A stretch of 64,000 bases of DNA from Octopus sinensis (Eukaryota): NCBI RefSeq assembly GCF_006345805.1, contig NC_042998.1, positions 7,192,001 to 7,256,000 of the forward strand. The letters are read 5' to 3'. Made by a program: the position numbers and the translations under genes. Positions 1 through 12,264 of this stretch are shown piece after piece. Position 1 is the stretch's first letter. Each line of letters opens with the position of its first letter. The notes under the pieces are model-generated. The model made no database searches. It saw only the letters and a program-made list of their open reading frames with translations, and was not told where the DNA came from.

Positions 1-114
1 CTTATATTTATGTATAAATTTGTACCGTCTCCCTGGTTTCTATGTGCTAGGCCACTTGGTGTTAAACTGACAGTATTATTAAATTAATATCTAATTTTTC
101 ACCCTCATTTATGA

Positions 115-155
<41 letters not shown>

Positions 156-1487
156 TACATATATGGTGACACATGTCCTAGTGGTTAGGATGCTGCACCT
201 ACGATCACAAGTACTATACTGGGCATCGCTTTTATGAAATTATTTCATATATGAATAAAAGGAAAAATAGAATAACAATTTCAAAATACACACATGCATA
301 TATATATATACACACACATATATATGCATATATATTTACATGTATATATATATACTTCTATATAAATCTATATATATCTTAAGTTGATTGGGGGAAAAAA
401 TGAAGTTGAGAAATTAAAATTCTGTTTCCAGGATAAAGTAATTGACTAAATGAGGTTGCTAAAATTGGAAATTTTTAAACAATTAAGTAATTTAGATTGG
501 CATTTTAGATGCTTTTAATTAATTGATTTATTTCAGTTATGATTTCCTTAATTAAACTATCTTAATTGGTGAATTTGATGGAATTTTCTTTAAGCTACTA
601 GTTAGAGAGTTTATTATTACTTTTTTACTTTTTCTTTTTTTTTTTTTGGCTCATTTGTGTATATATTTTTTTATATTTGTTACAAGGTAACTGAATGCTG
701 TGAGCTATTATCATTTGAGTTGTTTATCTCATTAATAAAACATTTCATTATTTGTTTATGAAATTCTGTTGAAGCATGTGAGATGTATGTTTGGGAATAT
801 ATGAAGAAATCTTTTGCCATGAGTTCTTCGCTGAAGATGTCTAAAGCATTTAAAATGTCTTGAAACCTTTTTATTGTAATGGATCTAAATTATCTTTTTT
901 TTTTATTATTTTATTTTATTTTATTATCATTTTTTTGTAGTTTAAGGCCCCAAGTCATTCCAACTATGATCAACATGATTTTTCTTACAGCCATAGTATA
1001 CCTTAGACAATGCTATCTGATGCGTCCTATTTTTGAAGATGGTAGGGTGTACTTTTAAGGAAGATTTGGTTGTTATGTTCAACTTCTGAAATGATCGTGT
1101 AAGATTTCTTTTGTCCGAGGTTTTAGTAATAATAGCTTTTGGCAGAAACGGAATAATAAAGTTCATTATTTAAAGATTTATTTATATTTATGAGAATTAA
1201 TCCTTTAACCCTTTAAACACAACAGCTTTTTCTAAATCTAAAATCAACTCACATACACTGAACTGCATGGTAGACTTAATCTGTGAACCAGTTTAATACC
1301 ACCACCAAGTTCTTCAGTTCTTTTACCCGAGTTCTCTTCATTCTAAGCATTCAAGCCAAGTCACTTCATATTAAAGATATTTCATTTGGTAGTTAAGGTT
1401 TTTTAAAGTGTAACACTCTTGGTAGTTAAGGTTGTTTAAAGTGTAACACTCAAACACACACACATAAGTAGATAAGAATACGAAGAA

Positions 1488-1938
1488 CAATATTGGTTTC
1501 AAATTTTAGCACAAGGCCAGCAATTTCGAGGTAGTGGGTAAGTCAATTACATTAACGACAGTGATTAACTAGTACTTATTTTATCAACCCTGAAAGGATG
1601 AAAGGCAAAGTTGACCTTGGCAGCATTTGAACTCAGAATGTCAAGACAGACAAAATGCCACTAAGCATTTTGCCAGGTGTGCTAGCTAAGGATTCTGCCA
1701 GCTCACCACCTTAATAACCAGAATAATATTGATTTCAAATTTCGGTACAAGGCCAGCAATTTCGGTGGTTAAATCGATTACATCAGTCCTAGTGCCCAAC
1801 TGGTACCTATTTTATCAACTCCAAAAGGATGAAAGGCAAAGTTGACCTCAGCAGCATTTGAACTCAAAACGTAAATATGGACAAAAGGCCACTGAGTGTT
1901 TCACCTGGGATGCTAACACTTCTGCTAGCTTGCTGTCT
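1488..1938 (-). mobile_element. Two adjacent older SINE-B-related copies (about 1488-1712 and 1726-1938)
   Basis: Both carry the reverse complement of the B core (ggatgaaaggcaaagttgac...atttgaactca) and the degenerate ctgccagctc head. Confidence 0.7.
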
Positions 1939-3321
1939 TAATAAACAGAGCAAAATTATAAATAATAATTGTTTCTATTTATCCAATCAGGTGACTTTGC
2001 TTAGATCAATTCAAATTTCCTGTCAGATGTCTTGATCTTCCATAGGAGTCTTCATATCCTCAATTTTATATCCAGTGTCCTCCACAATATGATCAATTTG
2101 TGCTCTTCTTGGTCTACTGATTTTTGTGTGTACATGAGTGGGTTTACAGTGAAGGATATTATTGCTGGATATTCCTTCTTTGCTTCTCCAGTAGTGTCCT
2201 GCATAACATGGTCTTTTTTTCTCTGATTACTGAGGTGATGGTAGGAAGACTGTCATACAGCCCCTGTTTTGAACGTTGCTGCCAAGAAAGATTGCGAACT
2301 GCACAAAGCATTCTCGTGTCGAGTTTCTTGTCCCTTGTCCAAGTCTCTTGTTCAGTGTCTCTACTGAAGAGTCATAGAAAAGAACTAATTCAGCAATTGA
2401 TTTGAAGAAAAAGAAATTGCTTCCAACATAAATGGAATGCCTAAAATTTTGGGGAGGATGTTTGCTGATGCTTTCAACTATTGTTCTTGGCTGGAATTTC
2501 ATTTTAGTGATTCTGAAGGGAAGAAAGGTAAACACTGGCCTCAGCAGGATTTGAACTAAAAAATGTAAACAACTGAAACATGTACTGCAAGGCAATTTAA
2601 CAAATATTCCAATGATTCTACCAAATTGATCTGCTACTCTTATGTTATAGAGAAATGATATCTTCCATTTCTTACGTGAATAATGGATGAAGGGACAATA
2701 CAAGAACAGTTTACAAAAGAATGGTGGAAGTTTTCATAGGGTCTCTTATGAAAGAATAGGCATAAAAAGTTTCGCTATTTTTCATGCCTATTCTTTTATA
2801 AAAGTGAAATTACAAATGGAATGAAATGTGACATTCAAATTAAGGGGTCAGCCACCTAGGGCCAACCAAGAAATCTCATAGATCCAGCATTAACTAAGTA
2901 CCAAGGGTTGTGGTGTTCTCTGGCTTATGGGGGCTTACAAAGAGCAGGCTCATTCAGGCAGTTCATTCTTATGGTCACATACCTTTCAGTACAGTGCCTC
3001 CCTTACTGACCTTCCCTTTTTTTTCTAAGTGGAAAGCAAAGAAGTTGATGAGAAAGGGTCTGTCTTCAGCCCTTTCAATCTTGTCTGTCATGTAATCTCT
3101 TTTGTTATGCCACCAGACAGAGAATAACTACCAGTCCTTCTCAGTCAAAGAAAAGTGATTGAGCTATCCTCGTGATGGACATGGCTAATAATTAATTTTT
3201 CTATTATGTGACAACAGCTGTTCAACAAACCTCCACAAGTCAGCAATGGTCAGTCACTGAACAAATGAGTGCAAAATGGTTTCATTTCAGACAAACTCAG
3301 CTGATGGTACTACTAGAGTAG

Positions 3322-3559
3322 TATAAGGCGGTGGGCTGGCAAAATCGTTAGCACGCCAGGCGAAACGCGTAGCTGTATTTCGTCTGCCGTTACATTCTGG
3401 GTTCAAATTCCGCCGAGGTCAACTTTGCCTTTCATCCTCGCGGGGGCGATAAATTAAATACCAGTTACGCACTGGGGTCGATGTAATCGACTTAATACCT
3501 ATGTCTGTCCTTGTTTGTCCCCTCTGTATTTAGCCCCTTGTGGGTAGTAAAAAAAAACA
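3322..3559 (+). mobile_element. SINE-B (tRNA-headed), full length, 16-bp TSD
   Basis: A box-like TGGCAAAATCG and B box-like GGTTCAAATTCC. TSD GGTACTACTAGAGTAG at 3306-3321 and 3560-3575. Homologous copies at 6346, 37408, 44208 and 60024. Confidence 0.9.
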
Positions 3560-4049
3560 GGTACTACTAGAGTAGCACAGCCAGGAATTTTTGGAAATAG
3601 CCAATAGCTACTAAGCCTAAAGTCCTCTGTAACAGATAGTTCAGTCAATCTTCAACATCTAGTGTCTCCTGGAGAATGTTGATGCTCTTGCTTGCTACTA
3701 ATCTGTTATAGAATGCAAGAGCAGACATACCACCAATCATATTGCCCAGCCGGTAGGGAACTGTGAGCATTTAACAAACTTCTAGATACCAAGGGCCTAA
3801 TCTTGGTCTTTACTTAACCCTGGACTACAGCTCTCTCAAAGGGATGAGTTGGGGGAAGACAAATGCATGATGAATGGAGACTGTACTTGGTTGCCATTCA
3901 GGAATCTCTGCAGATATTCCTGCCTCAGTGCATTCCTGTACATCACATACTGAACTCTGTATTTACTGGTTGTTGTTGTCAGATGGGCCTTCTGAACAGT
4001 GGAAAGTGTCCCTTCTACAGGAAATAATGGTTAAATATTCCAATATAGT

Positions 4050-4870
4050 CAGAAGGAAACTGGATTAAGATACAATTTGCAGGGATAGCTTCTAGTCAGA
4101 CTATAAGTGGATGAGATAAGCCACTCAGCTAGAAAAACCTCATCCCACTTCCTAACCATCTGGAAATCTGGGCTGAAATAGATCCCAAGCATTTCAACAG
4201 AACCATCAGTCCAGCGACCCACAATACTGCTTAATTTCTCCAGGTACGTGAGCTGCAAGTCACCAACTTGTCTAGGTTAATGTATCCTCCCTTTACCACC
4301 TGATATTACTTTAGTTTGCCCCCCACACACACACCCACACCACCACCACCACCAGCTTGGTATTTCAATATCTTCATCTTCCCCATTAATTGTTCAAGAG
4401 ACAAAATTTACAGGAGAAAATGAGAGAAAAAACTTTGACTGACAAAGCAGGTGATTTGAAATAGTCCTGAAAGGTAACCATTTACTTGGATCACTGATTT
4501 GTTGCCTCTCAAGGTGAATTGAACCAGCCCCTGTAAGTAGAGAGAAATGGTTGCATTGAGGACACAACCAAATACTGATGGGCATCTCTAATGAAAGTGG
4601 ATTAAAACCCAACCAAAGCCAGATTTATTACAAACCTTTTCTCCATCATATCACACAAGGTAGAAGTTTTCATGGATAGATCTTTTGGGAATCTTATGGA
4701 TCAGAATGGTCCAGGCCACACTATTGATAACAAGTTTCAGCTTGTTATCAAAACTTTAAATTCAATGTTTAGTGGCATTATGGGCCAGAAATTGCTGATA
4801 TTATCTTCTTGTTTGGATCCTTACTCATTTGTACCACCAACCTAGTCCCCAATCTGCTATAAGTTACAAT
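4050..4870 (-). mobile_element. Decayed L1/Tx1-clade LINE ORF2 (reverse transcriptase region); may extend to about 5700
   Basis: Minus-strand peptide remnants KDPNK..DNISNFWPIMPLNIEFKVL, IPKRSIHENF and VGRWTDGSVEMLGIYFSPDFQM resemble L1/Tx1 RT motifs. Many frameshifts and stops. Confidence 0.6.
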
Positions 4871-6345
4871 AGATGTTTGCCATGCCAGGAGTATACAAGT
4901 TTGGTATATAACCATAAAACAGGCCATCCAAACTAGGCTCAATCAGTTATCACCAACAGTGACTCAGCTTTTAGTTTTACACAGCACTTCACCATTTCTG
5001 TTGTGAAGTGACCATCAAAGTAGGCACTAAGATTCAACATCTCTGACCCATCACTATTTTCAAAGTCACGCAAAATACTACTGGAAAACTGCACATGTCC
5101 ACCTAAAATCAAGTAGCACATATTCATCATGGTCTGTAATCATGGATTTGTTTCCACATTGCACCTCAACCATCTGTACAGATCAAATGGTTTCCTTGCT
5201 CCATTTCTTAGTGCATATGTGAACAAAGTCTGACAACACAAACCTTATTTCCCACCAAAGAAATGGATGGATACAATTTTTGTTCACAGCACATTGGTAG
5301 TATCATCTTTTCCCACAGATTCTTCTAATCTGCTGACCAGTTCATTCCTTGTTCTTTACCATTAATTCTTTTCTATCGATTTTACAATGATGGATCACTT
5401 CCAAGAGAACAACTACCAGTTGTTGATAATCATCCCTTCAGCATCATACTCCACTCAACTATTTTGCTAATTCAGTCATTATAGGTTTTCCATTCCAGGA
5501 ATGATGCATTCTGTTTCCTGTAATTAAACCCCACCACACTCCTGCCTCTCCATTTCTGACCAAGCACACATAGACAGTGGTGGGGTTCAATATGTGACTG
5601 TTGAAATCACATACTTGTGGAATGTGTAGTGACCCAGCCAAAATAGCAGTCATCCCATACTATCATTAAATGCTGACTTAAATATTCTGTTCATATTGAA
5701 TATTGATAACTTAAAACTTTTACACCACCTTATTCAGTTGACTACTCCCCGCAATCCTAGTTTGTATGCAAGATTCCATTCCAGTCACTCTCTAGCACTG
5801 ATAAGTGGGATATTCCCATGAAAGCTTTAAGATTTCTTCATTGAGAAGAAATACAATTTCAGGAAACTTTGGTTTCACCGAGGAATATCATATACACACA
5901 CCTGGATCCCTAAAGTCATTAAGCATGTGCGTTTTCTCCCATACCATAATCATTTATAGAACTAATTCTCAATACAGCTAATGTGGGTGGAGAAAAAAGT
6001 GAATAATTTCACTTAGCCTGATTTCAAAGAATGGGTAATTCAGCCTTCTTGATAGAATGGGGATATCTCGCCTAAGATAAATTTGCTTAGCTGCAATTCG
6101 CAGAAAACTTCCTTTGCATATGGGAGATTTTGTGTTAGATGACAACGATAAAGAAAATCGGGAGTGTTTTATCTGAAGTCTAAATACAGGTGTTTTTGGG
6201 GACAAGCTTTACAAAAGCAACTACTTTTTGTTTATATTTTGTTTCCGTGTTGCATTATGTCCTTCATCAATGTTTTGTTTCATTTTGTACAATAGTGAAG
6301 TTAGAAGAGACACTGGCCACTGTTTATTTGATTGCTGGTATTATT

Positions 6346-6580
6346 AAAGGGCGGCGAGCTGGCAGAAACGTTAGCACGCCGGGCGAAATGCGTAGCCGTA
6401 TTTCGCTTGTCGTTACGTTGTGAGTTCAAATTCCGCCGAGGTCGACTTTGCCTTTCATCCTTTCGGGGTCAATAAATTAAGTACCAGTTACGCACTGGAG
6501 TCGATGTAATCGACTTAATACCTATGTCTGTCCTAGTTTGTCCCCTCTGTGTTTAGCCCCTTGTGGGTAATAAAGAAATG
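6346..6580 (+). mobile_element. SINE-B, full length, 9-bp TSD
   Basis: TSD GGTATTATT at 6337-6345 and 6581-6589; same body as the 3322 copy. Confidence 0.88.
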
Positions 6581-7884
6581 GGTATTATTTTGGTTCTTTC
6601 TTCTGTTATTCTTTTTTTTTTCATTGTCTTTTAAAGTTTTGCTTTTGCAGTGGTCACTGTGGTCATGTTTGTGTATTTACCTGTTGGTTATATTCCTAGT
6701 GTGGTTTCAGACTTGGTTCATGGTATTATAATAATGACACCAATAACATCAATGACACCCAAAGAGGGATCCAGAAGAATACAGACGATCATAATCTGTT
6801 ATGTCGTTATTGAGTCTCGCAGCTCCTTTTTCTTCTGCGTTCAAATCCCTGGGTAGATACAATAAAATACCAGTCAGATATTGGGGTTGATTAAATTAAC
6901 CACACATTTTTCATCAAAACTTGTGGCCTTATATTTCGTTTTTGGATTTGGTTTGCAAGATTCTTTATATGAGTTCGTGTGTTGAAGCATATTCTGTTGT
7001 GTCTGGGGCCTTATGCAAATATTATTCAACTCCAGGATGACGTTAATTAACCAGACCTTTGATCAAAAGTGTTCTAGCCATGACCATCTTGTCTTTGTTT
7101 TCTAGTTGAGTTTATCTAGGATTGCATTATCCACTTTACCATTTCCTTTTGTAAGATGATAAGGTATGAGGCAGATTTTGGCAGATGTCTTTTCAAGATT
7201 GAGCAACCATGTATAAAAACATTGGTTCATTAATCATACAAATAACGACCTAGATAAGATATTAAACTACCTGCTTATGGGTTTTAATTCTATATTCCTT
7301 GGAGACATTGCATTGAGAGTCTCCAAGCACTTAATTCGCTAATTCCTAGATTTTTCCATTCATATAGCAGTTCAGAAAATGTGCCAGATCTTCTGGGAAT
7401 GCTACTTATAGTAATCTGGTATCATAATACAACTGTAACCTGGAATAAATGCCAGATTTATTCATCCTTGTATTTCATAGTTATTCGTACACATTTATAT
7501 ATTCTCTTTATATTCTTTTGTTAACCTAAAGTTTTATATGTTGTGTATATTTGCTATGGGTTGTTATGGTTATGTGCTTTCTTGTTGTTGATCTGTTGTT
7601 GGACTGGTTACAAGTGTAGCGGCTGTTGTTTTTATGTTATTGTTATGATAATAACCATTTCTTAAGTTATATAGTAACAAAACATTCCATAGGCAAAGCC
7701 AAAAATTTTGGAGGATGGGGTCAATCAATTAAGCCAATACCAGTCTATCATTGGTACTTTATTTTTATCAACCCTCAGAGAAATGAAAGGCAAAGTTGAC
7801 CTTTGCAGCATTTGATCTCAGAATGAGCAGTTGTGCAACTGAATACTGCAAGGCATTTTCTTTGACTTTCTAATGATTCCACCA

Positions 7885-8198
7885 TGTGGAGGCACATGGC
7901 CTAGTGGTTAGAGCAGCGGACTCACAGTCGAGAGATCATGGGTTCGAATCTCAGACCGGGCGATGTGTGTGCTTATGAGCAAAACACCTAAGCTCCACAT
8001 GGCTCCAGCAGAAGGTAATGGCAAACTCCTACTGACTCTTTCGCCACAACTTTCTCTCACTCTTTTCCTCCTGCATCTTGCAGCTCACCTGTGACGGACC
8101 GGTGTCCCATCCAAGTGGGGATCCTATACGCCAAGGAAACTGGGAAACCGGCCCTTATGAGCCAGGCATGGCTTCGAAAGGAACAAACAACAACAACA
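7885..8198 (+). mobile_element. SINE-D variant (tRNA head, V-domain-like segment, (CAA)n tail) inserted into an older SINE-B-related copy
   Basis: TSD AATGATTCCACCA at 7872-7884 and 8199-8211. A box TGGCCTAGTGG and B box GGTTCGAATC. Confidence 0.85.
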
Positions 8199-8355
8199 AA
8201 TGATTCCACCAAGGATATCAATTACTTCAATATGAGCCTGTGAGGAACCATCAGCAAACCAGGCCGTAACAAGCCAAAGAAGGATCCAAGCTATCACAAG
8301 CTGTTGGTTATATTGCTATTTAACTGTTATATTGTTATTTAACCTTGCAGTACAA

Positions 8356-8712
8356 GGTTAAGTTAAGTTAAGTTAAGTTAGTTAAGTTAATTTTTTGGCT
8401 CAAAAAGCAAAAAGCAAAGCCATGTAGGGGGACATGGAGTTATGTACAGGGAGGGTGTTCATGTAAAGAGTTCAGGCCACTTGTGGTCAAGGGAGACTTT
8501 GAAACGAGCGGTCGTCGGCATCTTCACTATCTCGTCCGGCAGCTTATTCCATGGATCTGCAACCCGGACGGAGAAAGCCCCTCTCCTTCGATTGAGATGA
8601 AATCGTCGCAGATAGAGCTTTTCGAAGTGACCGCGCAGCCAACACTCTTGAGCAGGAGTGAAGAACAGCTCTTTCGAGAGGTTACACTTTCCACTTATGA
8701 AGTTGTGAGCAA
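8356..8712 (-). mobile_element. CR1-clade LINE family 1, 5'-truncated 3' end
   Basis: Reverse complement of the 42883-43395 element, including the (TTAAC)n tail. Possible TSD CAAGGTTA at 8353-8360 and 8710-8717. Confidence 0.88.
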
Positions 8713-8807
8713 GGTTATTTTCCTCTATGTCCAGAGTTCAAATGCTGCTAAAGTTGATATTTATGTTCCTCCTTCCAGAATAAGAACGAATTTATTTTGC
8801 AATGTAA

Positions 8808-9225
8808 GGCGGCAAGCTGGCAGAATCATGCTGAGCAAAACGCTTAGCAGAATTTTATCTATCATCACATTCTAAGTTCAAATTCTGCCAAGGTCGACTT
8901 TGCCTTTCATCCTTTCAGAGTCAATAAAATAAGTACCAGTTGAGTACTGGGGGCAATGTAACTGACTTACTCCTCCCCTGAATCTGCTGGCCTTGTGCCA
9001 AGATTTGAAACTAATATTATTTAGCATTGTTAAGGTGGTGGAATCATTAAAGCATCAGAAAATATGCCTTGTGACATTTCTTCTATCTCTTTATATTCTT
9101 AGTTCAAATCCCACCAAGGCCAACTATGACACTTACTCTTTTGGAGTTGATAAACTGAAAACCCAGTCAAATACTGCAATCTATGAAATCAGCTAATCCC
9201 TTCCCTCAAAATCTCTGACCTTGCA
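8808..9225 (+). mobile_element. Two successive older SINE-B-related copies
   Basis: aaggcggcaagctggcagaatc head and gttcaaattc/gtcgactttgcctttcatcc core, followed by a second degenerate copy from about 9030. Confidence 0.6.
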
Positions 9226-9470
9226 TCATCATCATCATAATCATCATCATCGTTTAACGTCCGTTTTCCGTGCAAGCATGGATTGGACAGTTCGACCAGG
9301 GTCTGGGAAGCCAGGGGGCTGCACCAGGCCCCAGTCTGATCTGGCTGTGTTTTTACAGCTGGATGCCCTTCCTAACGCCAACCACTCCGTGAGTGTAGTG
9401 GGTGCTTTTTACGTGCCACCGGCACAGGTGCCAGGGGAGGCTGGCAGCAGCCATGATCGGTTGCTGCTTT
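9224..9470 (-). mobile_element. Retroposon family C (5'-truncated, (GAT)n tail)
   Basis: (CAT)n-cgtttaacgtccg...ggatgcccttcctaacgccaaccactcc...ggtgctttttacgtgccaccggcac; more than 12 copies in the window. Confidence 0.8.
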
Positions 9471-9754
9471 TTAGAAAGTCTATTCTAATTCTAAATCCAA
9501 TTCTAAGTTAAAATTGTATCTAAATTAGAAATTCTTTATAATCTGAGATCAAATCAGACTGTGGCAAGCTTTTCTTTTCATTCCTTGAGGGCTACTAAAT
9601 TAAAGTACTGGGATCAATGTAACTGATTGTTCCTTTCCTCTAAATTTCTGAACTTACATCTATGTTAGAAACAATTATTTAGTATTTTAAAAGGGTTACA
9701 TTAGTGTTTGTACATAGTAAAGTCAACATCTGTAACTTGTAGGAGTGAGGTCAT

Positions 9755-10153
9755 TACTCTTTTACTTGTTTCAGTCATATGACTGCATCCATGCTGGAGC
9801 ACCACCTTTAGTCGAGCAAATCGACCCCGGGACTTATTTTTGTAAGCCCAGTACTTATTCTATTGGTCTCTTTTGCTGAACCGCTAAGTGACAGAAACAT
9901 AAACACACCAGCATCGGTTATCAAGCGATGGTTGGGGGACAAACACTGACACACAAACATAGATACACACATATATATATACATATATACGACAGGCTTC
10001 TTTCAGTTTCTGTCTACCAAATCCACTCACAAGGCTTTGGTCGGCACAAGGCTATAGTAGAAGACACTTGACCAAGATGCTACACAGTGGGACTGAACCC
10101 AGAACCATGTGGTTGCTAAGCAAACTACTTACCACACAGCCACCTCTGCACCT
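9755..10153 (-). mobile_element. SINE-A (tRNA head, CORE-like segment, internal (TA)/(TG) microsatellite, (GTAAAAGA)n tail)
   Basis: Reverse complement of the family seen at 18104, 21055, 32545, 39775, 41164, 54365 and 63415. Confidence 0.88.
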
Positions 10154-10489
10154 ATAGAAAGAAAATAATAACTCAGAAAGGAAAGAAAAATATCTCAAAG
10201 AAGAGAAAATTAGGATGGTGGTTAGAAACAGAGAAAATAGGAAAAAGATGTTTTAGCCAAATAAAGGGCAAAGGAATTTAAAAACAGAAAGAAAGAAAAC
10301 CAGAAAAGTAGTGCACAAGGTAAAAAGCAAGGTACATTAAAATATCCCCACCCCACCATCTATCCAACAAAGAAAAACGAAAAAGAAAAGAAAAAAAACA
10401 AATATAGGGTCAGAGAAATTGGAAGAAATGAAAGATAAATTTCAATAAAAGAATGAAAAAGCGAAATGAGTGGAAAAATCAGGAAGATA

Positions 10490-10830
10490 TAAAATGAAAG
10501 AGAGTGATGACAACGATGATGTTAATGTTGATGATGATGATGACAGTGGCAATGATGACAACGATGATGATGATGATGATGATGAGGAGGAGGAGGAGGA
10601 GAGTGGAAATGGTGGTAAGGAGTGGTGGTGGGTTGCTAGGAAGAGGTGGAGATGGAGGAGGAGGAGCAAGAGGAGAGTGGCAATGGTGGCAAGGGGTGGT
10701 GGTGGTGGATTGCTAGGAAGAGGTGGAGGAGGAGGAAGAGAGTGGCAACGGTGGTAAGAGGTAGTGGTGGTGGGTTGCTAGAAGGAGGAAGAGGAGAAGG
10801 AGGGGAGGAGGAGGAGGAGGAGGAGGAGCG
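10490..10830 (+). repeat. Compound (GAT)n/(GAG)n/(GGT)n purine-rich repeat with three 65-75-bp higher-order units
   Basis: Units begin gagagtgg(a/c)aa at about 10599, 10673 and 10738. Confidence 0.8.
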
Positions 10831-10879
10831 TATTAGATAAAATGAAGAATTCAATGTGGAAATAAATTTAGTGAGGTGA

Positions 10880-10914
<35 letters not shown>

Positions 10915-11249
10915 CATCCATATATATACATATATGATGAAATAATGATAAAAATGAAAACAGTGAATACAATGGATATAAGCAGAAGTTATTGACACTC
11001 GCTACCACTTCTGGTAATGATAACTACAAGAATTACAACCACAGCCACAGCCATGGATAACAGCTGCAGCTGCACTGATGAATTTCATAATATAAAATAG
11101 CAATGACAAGGAATGGTTTTTTTTTCTAATAGTCATTAAAATTCTAACAATAATGAAGAAATGAAAGCAAAGAAAAAAGGCAACTGCAACAACAATCAAT
11201 TACAGGATTAGGACAGTGTCATAAATGTCTCATTTAGCATAAAGTGAGT

Positions 11250-11560
11250 AAAGGAGAGGAAGGGCTTGTTTATTGTCATTGATGGTGAAGTACAATGAGG
11301 AGAAGGTTTGTTTATTGTCGTTGAAGGTGAAGTATGATGTGGAGGAAGGGTGTGTTTATTGTCGTTGAAGGTGAAGTATGATGAGAAGGAAGGGTGTGTT
11401 TATTGTCGTTGAAGGTGAAGTATGATGTGGAGGAAGGGTGTGTTTATTGTCGTTGAAGGTGAAGTATGATGTGGAGGAAGGGTGTGTTTATTGTCGTTGA
11501 AGGTGAAGTATGATGAGGAGGAAGGGTGTGTTTATTGTCGTTGACGGTAAAGTATGATGA
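11250..11560 (+). repeat. 44-bp minisatellite, about 7 units
   Basis: Unit tttattgtcgttgaaggtgaagtatgatgtggaggaagggtgtg recurs at 11311, 11355, 11399, 11443, 11487 and 11531, with a 42-bp degenerate first unit at 11269. Confidence 0.95.
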
Positions 11561-12264
11561 TGGGTGTCCATTGCCATAGAGAACAGATGATGACAAAGTG
11601 ACAAGGGAAATGTCATAATGAGCTAAGATTCTATTTGGATCTAGATTGTTAATTTACAATCAGCTGGTTTTGACAGTTACAGTGGATGATGCGCAAAGTA
11701 AATAATATATGGCATTAATTTTTTTCCCTTTAGTATTTTTTTCTTTTTTATTGTTATTGTTTAAACATTATTAAGGAAATAATATGGAAATACTGTTTCT
11801 TGCTCATATAAAAATAATGCTGAGGGTATGACCATCATTATAATCAACATCATTATAACTTTTCTTTTCTTTCATTTTCTCCTCGTACCACATCTCATGT
11901 TTTCTCAAACAAGATATATTCAGAGTCGGAGAGAAGTAAAAGTTTACAAACAGAAATAAATTTATTCTGTTTTTTTTTCTTTTGCTTAATCTAATAGTCT
12001 TTTTATTGTTTCTTTGTCTTTTTTATCTCATTATTCAAATTTATATTTATTGATTTGTTTATTTATTATTTAAATTTCTTTCACTATTCAGCATCACTTA
12101 CATTCTCTAACAATCCACCTACTGTTTCTTGGACTATCTCCCAGGAGCATCTGAAAATAGTGCCCCACACATATACAGAGTTCCATGCTTATATATAAAT
12201 ATGTATATATATATATATATATCAGATCGCCATGTTGAATCGCTAGCTTCTGCACGCATTTTTT

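Noticed and set aside
7885-7960. tRNA genes at SINE heads (also 15396, 18104, 3325 and others)
   Set aside because: They have A/B boxes but no complete cloverleaf or acceptor stem, and they are fused to SINE bodies with TSDs.
8483-8875. 130-aa ORF (and ORFs 43024-43335 and 50551-50826) as host genes
   Set aside because: They are antisense frames of CR1 LINE fragments.
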